Shown here piece by piece: positions 1 through 7,625 of a DNA stretch of 64,000 nucleotides. Origin of the DNA: Candidatus Lindowbacteria bacterium RIFCSPLOWO2_12_FULL_62_27 (GTDB lineage Bacteria; Lindowbacteria; 2-12-FULL-62-27). The DNA lies in the NCBI GenBank assembly GCA_001784175.1, contig MFPR01000033.1:1-64000 (forward strand), in the 5' to 3' direction. Position 1 is the first letter of the stretch, and every line of letters begins with the position of its first letter. The translations under genes were made by a program, and so were the position numbers. Below the pieces are notes generated by a model. It saw only the letters and a program-made list of their open reading frames with translations. It ran no database searches and was not told the DNA's origin.

Positions 1-103
1 CTGTAATGGGCGTAACGCTGTGGATGGCGTCCAGAGCGGCGAAGACGACGGCGCGGTAATGATCGCCCGTCAAACAACGTGAACCTGTAACGGCTAGTCT
101 CAT
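1..103 (-). CDS. YspA/SLOG-like (DUF2493-type) protein, 5' part only
   Basis: Not in the ORF track. Manual translation MRLAVTGSRCLTGDHYRAVVFAALDAIHSVTPIT fits the M(R/K)xxVxG(S/G)R...V(F)xxLD start of this family. RBS AAGGAGGG lies 7 nt upstream. Confidence 0.7.
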   Translation of the reverse strand, partial: MRLAVTGSRCLTGDHYRAVVFAALDAIHSVTPIT

Positions 104-138
104 GTCTGATCCCTCCTTTTCATTTTGCGACGACGAAA

Positions 139-189
139 ATTTTTTTCGTCCGCCTCATCAGTTCTTCAACTGAGGCGGACGAAAAAAAT
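139..189. repeat. Perfect 19-bp inverted repeat with 13-nt loop
   Basis: ATTTTTTTCGTCCGCCTCA (139-157) / TGAGGCGGACGAAAAAAAT (171-189). Confidence 0.95.
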
Positions 190-558
190 CAACACATGAT
201 GTAGACGGGTACGTGGACGTCTCCACACAACCGGGGACAGGGATGTCCCCGGAAGATTGCACGGATGCGGGGAGTCCGAGGGGAACACCTCGGATAAAAT
301 CCGCCAAATGGAGCACGCCGACCCGAGGATGCGTAAAATTGCGCCCCAGATAGTCAGCGCCACGCACCGCAGGGTCGGAGTCAAGGGGCACGGGATCGCC
401 ACAAAAATAAAAGCACCAATAGCGGGGTTGGAGACGGCCACAATTCCAAATCTCCAATGGCTGTGGCCGTCTCCTTTGAATACCTTTTATTTTTGCGGAC
501 GATGCCCCTTGCCGCCGCCGACCGAGCGAACGGACGTCGCCGTGCCGCTACTGCGGCA

Positions 559-572
559 NNNNNNNNNNNNNN
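559..572. other. Assembly gap (14 N)
   Basis: Run of N inside a predicted hairpin. Confidence 1.
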
Positions 573-1098
573 GCACGGACGACGCCGAGAGCGACGACGG
601 CGGGAATTCGGGCGGAATGCGGCGTACCGACAGCTGTTTATCTGCCGGCAAGCGGGCTCCTGGGATAGCCCCTCCGAAAGTTGTTTTGCGCTCGCCATAA
701 ACCTCCGCCTGCGTGGGCGAGCGCTTCAATGAGGACCCGTATTTCGTGCCCGGAATCGTGCTCGCTGGGCGGCCGATTTCGTCCTGCGGCGATTTTTGCC
801 GCAGGGCGACGGCCGCCGAAAAATCGCTGACGCTGCCTTCACGATTACGGGTTCGCCCATTGCCTCTGCCGCCGCGGTTGATCGGGAAGCACCAGCGTGG
901 GCGGGTTCGTCCCGCACCAACGGTGCGGGACGAGTGCCGCCGGCGATCACGGGTTGCGGAGGGAATGGTCACGGGGCAGCGGGATATGGATGCGGCACGG
1001 ATTATGCGCTCGTGCGGCACCACGTGTGTCTGCGGCGCGTAATCGTGAGGCGGGTGCGTCCGCACCCGCCCACTAAGCCTGCCGGCGTTTGAGGCGAA

Positions 1099-1419
1099 TT
1101 ACCTGTTCTGGCGGAGATAGCGGCCGATCATGAAGGCCACGCCATCTCTTTGCTCGTCAGTGAGATTAAGCCCTCGCAATATTTCCTCCGGCACTTCTTC
1201 TCGGACTGACACAGTACCCACTGTCGATTGAACCGCCTGCCTATTCCACAACAAACAAAAAAATCCACCTCCGTTCGCTCGGATCATCACGGCGAATTCG
1301 ATCGCTTCACAAAGGCAGAGCAGTTCATGGATTGTCGGCAGACGCTCTTCAGCGAAAAAACGGAATTGTGAGCGTACTGTCAGAGGGCAGACTTTCCCCA
1401 AGAAGTCGTAGAGCAACAT
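1099..1419 (-). CDS. Hypothetical protein (~106 aa)
   Basis: ORF 1099..1515 with a better start at ATG 1419 (MLLYDFLGK) after GGAGG. Lower GC than its flanks. Confidence 0.55.
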   Translation of the reverse strand: MLLYDFLGKVCPLTVRSQFRFFAEERLPTIHELLCLCEAIEFAVMIRANGGGFFCLLWNRQAVQSTVGTVSVREEVPEEILRGLNLTDEQRDGVAFMIGRYLRQNR

Positions 1420-1529
1420 ATGTCCCACCACCTCCGCCGCGAAGTCGCACGACCATGGGTCGTGGACCCCACCGCCCACTTGCCCAAGTGTGCGCCGGGT
1501 CGGAAGTCTATTCAACTACGACGGAAAAG

Positions 1530-1582
1530 TGGTCTCCATTTGGTCTCCAGTAGGATGCCAAAACACGACAAATTCCGACAAA
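1530..1582. repeat. Tandem direct-repeat doublets, possible integrase arm or accessory-factor sites
   Basis: TGGTCTCCA at 1530-1538 and 1541-1549; CGACAAA at 1566-1572 and 1576-1582; 110-160 bp from the tRNA junction. Confidence 0.5.
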
Positions 1583-1690
1583 CTGTGAGGGTTGACGCGA
1601 CGGCAGAGAATGCGGGTTAACTCTCTGATTTATCTGTAACTACGTGATAGCTGAACGACATTCGGAAGTGTTGCGATTTTCGCCATTAGA

Positions 1691-1732
1691 AGATTTACAG
1701 TCTGCTCTCGTTGTCCACTGGAGCACCTCCCC
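1691..1732 (-). tRNA. tRNA-Tyr(GTA), 5' half only (split gene / att site)
   Basis: Minus strand GGGGAGG-TG-CTC-CAGTGGACAAC-GAG-A-GCAGA-CTGTAAA-TCT gives acceptor 5' strand, D arm and anticodon arm. No CCTCCCC acceptor 3' strand or canonical T arm follows. Confidence 0.8.
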
Positions 1733-1746
1733 GGGAACAACGAATC

Positions 1747-1775
1747 CTTATACTCTAGCCCCTGATGGAGGTCAA
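1747..1775 (-). promoter_or_regulatory. sigma70-type promoter of the split tRNA-Tyr
   Basis: TTGACC-N17-TATAAG on the minus strand, ending 14 nt upstream of the tRNA 5' end. Confidence 0.7.
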
Positions 1776-1778
1776 CCA

Positions 1779-2148
1779 GTGGGCATACGATGTTCGGATT
1801 TATACCGGATCACGGCGACCATCCACCCGGAGAAAAGCCGCGCGATGATCGACGCCGCCGTCGCCCTCGGCGCGCCGCGCGTATTCATCGTCAAGGGCCG
1901 GGGCGTCATGCACGAAAAGAAAATCGGACCTCTGACTGTGCCGGGCCTCTCGCCCTCCTTTGATATCCTGAATTTGATCGTGCCCGAAGGAGCGCTGAAC
2001 CGACGAGCGGGAGATCACCTCGCGGACCATCGGCGAAAAACAGGTCAAACCGATGGTCGAAGCGATCACCGCGATGCCGGAGCTCGCCGGCACACCGGTC
2101 ATCCTCTTCGCCTGCCCCTCGCCGCAGGCGCTGACGTATATGAAATAG
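1779..2148 (+). pseudogene. PII-like (GlnB-fold) protein, frameshifted or internally deleted
   Basis: First frame YRITATIHPEKSRAMIDAAVALGAPRVFIVKGRG...FDILNLIV. After ~2000 a different frame reads EREITSRTIGEKQVKPMVEAI...ILFACPSPQALTYMK* (TAG 2146-2148). Total length 370 nt is not a multiple of 3. Confidence 0.55.
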
Positions 2149-2235
2149 CGCGCGGAACTTGCGCAAGAAAACGCTGTAAAAAATCCACCGGGTCAACCCT
2201 TCCCGGATTCCCCGTGGGTATGCTAAGAAAATAGC

Positions 2236-2619
2236 GTGATGCCCCGAAGATTCTTGGAAAGCCTTTTTGCCTTTTCGATTTTCATTTTCAGCCCCGTTGC
2301 GCTCTGCGTCGGGGTGCCCATTCAATCGTTTGCTCAGATCGAAACGGAAACGCCAGTCCCATCCGGCGAGTCACAGGGAGTTGCGGAATCTGAATGCCAC
2401 CTTTCCGGGTTAAAGACCCGCCGCCGGAGTATCGATTTTTCCACCGGTCGGGCGCCCGTATGGCGGTTGTCGATCCACCGGCCCATTTCCGCCGAACATC
2501 CGCCGGACGGCGTCCGCCGGACGGATTTCTCCCAAAGGAATCTTTATCAGCGTATCGAGGTTTACCGCATCCAGAAACGCCCGCCTGTTGTTTGTTCTGC
2601 CCGTTTCGGTAATCCATGA
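2236..2619 (+). CDS. Hypothetical protein with hydrophobic N-terminus
   Basis: 127-aa ORF filling an intergenic gap, signal-like N-terminus, no family motif. Confidence 0.35.
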   Translation: MMPRRFLESLFAFSIFIFSPVALCVGVPIQSFAQIETETPVPSGESQGVAESECHLSGLKTRRRSIDFSTGRAPVWRLSIHRPISAEHPPDGVRRTDFSQRNLYQRIEVYRIQKRPPVVCSARFGNP

Positions 2620-2715
2620 AGGGATTTCAATTTCAAAAGATGATTTGCCTTGCTCCGTGTGATGTGTGGTGCGCGGGGTGTCTGATGTGGGAAACAAGAT
2701 GACCGGAGGTTTGAA

Positions 2716-4446
2716 ATGAATCTGTCGAACTTCAATAAGGCGGCGTATCCGATCCAGGCCCTTTTCAAATATATCTACCGCTGGTTCTTCGCCTGCCCGG
2801 ACAAGCTTTCCCACTCGAAGATCTCGACCTTTCTCTCCTGTTCGCTCAAATACCATTTCCAGTACGGCAAGAAATGGCCGACCCGCCTGACGGGGGCGCT
2901 CACGTACGGATCCGTCATCCACAAAGTCCTCGAACTCTTTCACGCCCGTTACGACGTCCCGCTGGCCACAGAGGAGGATATCCTCGATCTTCTGGAGGAG
3001 CGCTGGTCGTCGGACGGGTTCAAGACAGCGGAGGAGGAACAGGAATACAAAGCGCGCGGCCGACGGCTTCTTTCCAAATATCTGGCCGAGGCGAAGGCCC
3101 ATCCGCCCAATGTTTGGCGGACGGAGCTGTTTGTCGAGGCGACGATCGGCGGTGTCTCGGTGGTCGGCCGGATGGACCGGGTGGACCGGGAAGCGGACGG
3201 GAGCCTGACGATCGTCGATTACAAAACGGGCGACAAAATGCTGGATCCCGAGTCTCTTCAATCGGACCTTCAGGCCAATCTGTATTATCTGCTCGGCGAG
3301 AAAACCATCGGGCGAAAATTCAAAAAGTTTTTTTACTGGTATCTGGAAAAAGACCGAAAAGTTCCCGTCACGATCACGGACGCGGCCCGCAAGGAGACGG
3401 AGCAGGTCGTCCGGACCACGGCACACCGGATGCAGTATGACGATCCGAAACCGAAAAAGGGCGTGTTGTGCAATTGGTGCGATTATTACGAACGGTGTCC
3501 GGCATGGAAGAGCCGCCCCGAACGGCTCTACAAGATCGTCCGCGAATCAGAGGACCGGCTGGGATTGTCCTATTCGAAAATCAGCCAATTCCTGAACTGT
3601 CCCATGGTCTACAAGAAGGTTTATCTCGACAAAATTTCTCCGAAGCCCAAGGGATTTTTCGCCATCGGCCACACGGTGCATCAGACGATGGAGGAGTTTT
3701 ACATGTATGACGGCCCGCTGTCCGAACCGCCTCTCGCATGGCTCCTCAAGCTCTATCACGAACACTGGATCGGGAGGGGCTACGAGTCCAAAGACGCCGA
3801 GGAGCAGGTGAGGCGGGAGGGCGAGCAGTGGATGCGGAACTACCACGCCAAATACGTGAAGGGCAAATTCCGCCGGGGAACTTACAAGGTCGAAGAATAC
3901 TTCGAATTGCCGCTCGGCCGGCACGCGATCATCGGATACATGGACCGCCTGGACAAAAATGACGACGGCACCTTCTCGCTCGTTGACTATAAAACCGATC
4001 CGGTCATGCGGACGCAGGAGGATGTGAACAAGGACAAGCAGTTGTTTCTCTACGCGTGGGCCTGCAAAAAGCTGGGCATTCCGCTGCGGGACCAGACATT
4101 GATTTTCGTCAAATTCAACGAACACCTCACGACGACGCACACGGAAAAAGACATCGCCGACTTTGAAGCTGAGATGCTGAAGGTCGCGGACGAGATGGTC
4201 GAATCCGAGCGAATCGCGCGTGAGGCGTCGCCCGCGGAAATCGAAAAGCGGTTTGCTCCCAGGATCAACAAATACTGCGGCGGCTGTGACTACTTGCCGG
4301 TCTGCCCCAAACGCGAGGAAATTCTGACCCAACACAAGGACGAGATCATGCACGCGATTGACGAGACCAAATTGAGGGACCGGATTCCCGAAGACGCCGC
4401 CGCCGACGTCGAATCGGAACAGCCGGAACCCTCGACCATGCCATGA
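2716..4446 (+). CDS. Protein with two tandem PD-(D/E)XK (RecB/AddB/Cas4-like) Fe-S nuclease domains
   Basis: Repeat 1: LSHSKISTFLSC..GSVIH..GRMDRVD..VDYKT..QANLY..CNWCDYYERCP. Repeat 2: LSYSKISQFLNC..GHTVH..GYMDRLD..VDYKT..QLFLY..CGGCDYLPVCP. RBS GGAGG. Confidence 0.92.
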   Translation: MNLSNFNKAAYPIQALFKYIYRWFFACPDKLSHSKISTFLSCSLKYHFQYGKKWPTRLTGALTYGSVIHKVLELFHARYDVPLATEEDILDLLEERWSSDGFKTAEEEQEYKARGRRLLSKYLAEAKAHPPNVWRTELFVEATIGGVSVVGRMDRVDREADGSLTIVDYKTGDKMLDPESLQSDLQANLYYLLGEKTIGRKFKKFFYWYLEKDRKVPVTITDAARKETEQVVRTTAHRMQYDDPKPKKGVLCNWCDYYERCPAWKSRPERLYKIVRESEDRLGLSYSKISQFLNCPMVYKKVYLDKISPKPKGFFAIGHTVHQTMEEFYMYDGPLSEPPLAWLLKLYHEHWIGRGYESKDAEEQVRREGEQWMRNYHAKYVKGKFRRGTYKVEEYFELPLGRHAIIGYMDRLDKNDDGTFSLVDYKTDPVMRTQEDVNKDKQLFLYAWACKKLGIPLRDQTLIFVKFNEHLTTTHTEKDIADFEAEMLKVADEMVESERIAREASPAEIEKRFAPRINKYCGGCDYLPVCPKREEILTQHKDEIMHAIDETKLRDRIPEDAAADVESEQPEPSTMP

Positions 4447-4464
4447 CGAAAGCGGCCGCCTGAC

Positions 4465-4683
4465 ATGCAGACCGCCGGTCGAATGGTTCTGTTCGGCATG
4501 ATCGTCGCCATGCTCCTTGGCGCCACGGTCCTCTTTTGGAGGAACGGCTTCACGGTTGAAGGCATGTTTGAGAATCACTGGCGCAAGACTCTTCAAAGCA
4601 ACGCCGAGTATTATCCCGCGGTCGGCAAGGGAACCCTTCCGGCCGCCGAAGTCGATCCGTCCTGGTCGACCGAAGGGTACTGA
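4465..4683 (+). CDS. Small single-pass membrane protein
   Basis: 72 aa, one N-terminal TM helix, packed 18 nt after the nuclease gene and 2 nt before comEC. Confidence 0.65.
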   Translation: MQTAGRMVLFGMIVAMLLGATVLFWRNGFTVEGMFENHWRKTLQSNAEYYPAVGKGTLPAAEVDPSWSTEGY

Positions 4684-4685
4684 CC

Positions 4686-7580
4686 ATGTCCTTAACTCCG
4701 GGCCGGATGTTCGATTGGTTCCGATCGAAATCGGGCGCGAAGTTGCCCGCGCGGCGGCCGGAGGTCCTGCGGCCCAGCCTGAAAAAATCGCCCATCTGGA
4801 TCCCGCGGCATCTGTTGATCCTGTTTTGTTACGCCTATATTATCGGCATCGTCGCCGGGATGTACGTCTACCGGATTCCCCCGTCGTTTCTGATGTATGG
4901 ATACGGCGCGCTCGTCATCAGCTTGCTGGCCGCGATGATGATTGGATTCCTCAAACGCCAGCATGCCTGGACCGCCGGCGCCATCGCCCTCGCCGCCACC
5001 GCCCTCGGTCTGGTCAACTACTCTCGCGCCCTCGACACATCGGACCCGAGGCATCTGGTTCATTTCGCCGGCGAGGGCTTTGACGAGCGAGTCACGCTGA
5101 CGGGTGTGGTGACGTCCGACCCGGACATCCGGGAACGGTACACCAATCTGGTGGTGGAGCCGGTCACGGTCGAAACCGAAGAGGGTGAGACCGTCCGGCC
5201 AAGCGGTGGCGGCGTCATGGTGCGGCTCTATCCGGACAGCCTCGATTCTTATGGGGACTATGCCTACGGCGACAGCATTCAGGTCCGGGCGCCGCTGGTC
5301 ATTCCGCGTCGAGGCGCGAATCCCGGCGCGTTTGACTACCGGCAGTGGCTGATCGAGCGGCAGGGCTGTTACGCGACGATGCAGGTGCGTCGAAATTCGG
5401 AAATCCAAAGACTGGGCCGGAACCGCACACATTTCCTTGTCGATTTCTCTCTGCGGATGAAGGAAAAAATTCTCGAGTCGATCCGCCTGACGATGCCCTA
5501 CCCTGAATCCTCCTTCCTGGGTGGCGTGACCCTCGGCCTGAAGGGCGGTGTGACGCAGAAGACCCGGTTCGAATTCCAATCGACCGGCATCGCGCACGTT
5601 CTGGCGGTGTCCGGTCTTCATGTGGGATTCGTCGCCGTCCTGCTGCTCATGCTGGCCCATTTGTTCAATCTGCCGGAGAAATTTCATCCGGTGTTTATCG
5701 TTCTGGGGTTGATCGTTTTCTCGATCATCACCGGCGCATCCCCCGCCACCGTCCGCGCGGCCATCATGTTCAGCATGTTCATCTGCATCCGGTATTACAT
5801 GACGGGACTGGGGCTCGCGGCGTCGACGCTCCTCACCATTCCCGTCGCGGCCCTCGCGATCCTTCTGTCCAATCCCCTGCTCGTGATGGACGCCAGTTTT
5901 CTCCTGTCCTTCGGCGCGGTCCTCTCGCTGGGGCTCTTGACATGGCCCCTTCAGATGGTTTTCAACCGCCTCTTCGTCGGGTTTCGACTGGTGGCGGCGG
6001 GACTCACGGTTGTGTTCCTGACATGGATGGCCCACGCGCACTGGGGCATGTTCTTTGATCGCTCGACCGCGCCGCTGATTTTCGGGAGTCTGGCGATTTT
6101 ATGGGCCGCGGCTTTTTTGCTCCAGAAAAAATTCCCGACCGCCGTTCCCTACGGATTTACGTCCATCCATCCGTGGATCGGTTCCTTCATCGCCGCGCAG
6201 GTCGCCATCAATCTGGGCAACAGCCCGCTTTTCGCTCTCTACTTTTACCGCCTGTCGATCTCCGGATGGTACGCCAATTTCATCGCCATTCCGCTCTGCG
6301 GCATCATCGTCCAGCTGGGAATTCTCGCCGGCTTGTTTTATATGATTCCGGTTGTCGGTCCCTATCTGGCCGCGATGATCAATGGCGGCAACTTCCTCTT
6401 TTGCGCGTTTTTCCTGGGCAGCGCGACCTTTTTCGCAAATCATTTTCCGTACCCCTACGTGGGAACGCCGTCGACGGAATTCGCGGTTGTCTACTACGCC
6501 GTCCTTGCGCTGTTTGTCTGGCATCGGCCCATCTGGCATCGAATCAAAACCGTTTACACGTGGTGGCTCTACCGGAAGCAGGTTCCGGAAGTCCGCGGCA
6601 AACTTTACGCGACGCTGGCCGTGTCGGTTCTTCTGGTCAGCCTCCCGGTGTTCTACGTGATGGGCAACGCCTCCGGGCCGCGGCTTCGGATCGCCATTCT
6701 CGACGTCGGCCAGGGAAGCGTCACGATCATTCGGACGCCGTCGGAAAAGGGCATTCTCGTTGACGGCGCGCCGTATGACGGCTACCGGGACTTCAACGCC
6801 GGCCAGAACATCGTCGCCCCCGCTCTGTCGGATTACGGCATCAACGTCCTGGACCATGTGGTCCTGACGTCGTTCAAACCCGAGCACATGGGCGGCCTGC
6901 CGTTTCTCCTCCGGCAATTTCACGTCAAGGAGTTTGTCGACTGCCTGCCGCCCGAACTGGCCGACGCGAAGACGACGTGGGACACGTTTGCCGCGCGACT
7001 CGCGAAATCCCCTTACGCGCCGCTTCTGGAAAGCAAATTCACCGACGAAATTTTTGAATCCTATCGAAAGGTTCTTGAGGCGGTCGAGGAGAAGCGGGCA
7101 CGCAGGACCCATCCATCGCAAGGGCGCGTGATTCACGAAGAACAGACGCCGTACGGCATCCTGCGCGTTTCAACCGTGGCACTGCCTGACACGGGGCTTT
7201 CCATCCCGATGCGGACCGCGCTGGTCAAAATTGAGTGGGGTCCGACCTGGTCGGTTCTTCTGACCGGGGATATGACGGAAACGGAGATGGCTCTGGCCGC
7301 GAAGACCGACTCCGCCGCGCTCGACGCCGCCGTTCTCTTGTTGCCCTCTCACGGACAGGTTTTCGAGAAGTCGTTCCTCTCGGCCGTATCGCCCCGATAC
7401 GCGGTGGCTCAATCCAGGTTGCCCTTCCGGCGGCGGGCCGCCAAGCCGCATGGGACGGAAGAGGAACTGGTAAACTATTTTCAAAAGGAAGGGGGCACCT
7501 ATTTTCAGACCAACAAAAACGGCGCGATCCTGATCGAAAGCGACGGAAAACGGTTTTCCGTCAGGCCATATACGCCCTAG
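4686..7580 (+). CDS. comEC: ComEC/Rec2 DNA uptake channel (OB/DUF4131 + Competence + degenerate metallo-beta-lactamase domain)
   Basis: NPGAFDY, TGIAHVLAVSGLHVG, PATVRAAIM, FLLSF, LDVGQG, LLTGD and C-terminal TNKNGAI motifs. Confidence 0.95.
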   Translation: MSLTPGRMFDWFRSKSGAKLPARRPEVLRPSLKKSPIWIPRHLLILFCYAYIIGIVAGMYVYRIPPSFLMYGYGALVISLLAAMMIGFLKRQHAWTAGAIALAATALGLVNYSRALDTSDPRHLVHFAGEGFDERVTLTGVVTSDPDIRERYTNLVVEPVTVETEEGETVRPSGGGVMVRLYPDSLDSYGDYAYGDSIQVRAPLVIPRRGANPGAFDYRQWLIERQGCYATMQVRRNSEIQRLGRNRTHFLVDFSLRMKEKILESIRLTMPYPESSFLGGVTLGLKGGVTQKTRFEFQSTGIAHVLAVSGLHVGFVAVLLLMLAHLFNLPEKFHPVFIVLGLIVFSIITGASPATVRAAIMFSMFICIRYYMTGLGLAASTLLTIPVAALAILLSNPLLVMDASFLLSFGAVLSLGLLTWPLQMVFNRLFVGFRLVAAGLTVVFLTWMAHAHWGMFFDRSTAPLIFGSLAILWAAAFLLQKKFPTAVPYGFTSIHPWIGSFIAAQVAINLGNSPLFALYFYRLSISGWYANFIAIPLCGIIVQLGILAGLFYMIPVVGPYLAAMINGGNFLFCAFFLGSATFFANHFPYPYVGTPSTEFAVVYYAVLALFVWHRPIWHRIKTVYTWWLYRKQVPEVRGKLYATLAVSVLLVSLPVFYVMGNASGPRLRIAILDVGQGSVTIIRTPSEKGILVDGAPYDGYRDFNAGQNIVAPALSDYGINVLDHVVLTSFKPEHMGGLPFLLRQFHVKEFVDCLPPELADAKTTWDTFAARLAKSPYAPLLESKFTDEIFESYRKVLEAVEEKRARRTHPSQGRVIHEEQTPYGILRVSTVALPDTGLSIPMRTALVKIEWGPTWSVLLTGDMTETEMALAAKTDSAALDAAVLLLPSHGQVFEKSFLSAVSPRYAVAQSRLPFRRRAAKPHGTEEELVNYFQKEGGTYFQTNKNGAILIESDGKRFSVRPYTP

Positions 7581-7625
7581 GCGATAATGATGAAAAAATC
7601 TCTTGGATAAACTACGATCCCGTCA

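Larger units (their letters stand above)
130..1075. ncRNA. Candidate large structured noncoding region
   Basis: About a dozen stems of 7-19 bp, several nested, and no convincing ORF. See findings. Confidence 0.4.
1..1700. mobile_element. Probable end of an integrated element (prophage or genomic island) inserted at the tRNA-Tyr anticodon arm; continues beyond the left edge
   Basis: Bounded by a 5' half tRNA-Tyr (1691-1732). Arm-like direct repeats at 1530-1582 and a SLOG-like gene of a type common in phages. No integrase inside the window. Confidence 0.55.

Noticed and set aside
158-1092. Nine short overlapping ORFs
   Set aside because: Arg/Pro/Ala-rich with no recognisable motif; better explained as structured noncoding DNA
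1640-1690. Possible degenerate 3' half of tRNA-Tyr (GCGA-AAA-TCGC hairpin, CTTCCGAAT)
   Set aside because: No 5-bp T stem and no CCTCCCC acceptor strand, so a cloverleaf cannot be completed
1691-1732. tRNA interrupted by a group I intron
   Set aside because: tRNA similarity continues through the loop into the 3' stem, which fits an integrase core better; no intron core recognised
2716-4446. cas4 of a CRISPR-Cas locus
   Set aside because: No cas1/cas2 or repeat-spacer array in the window
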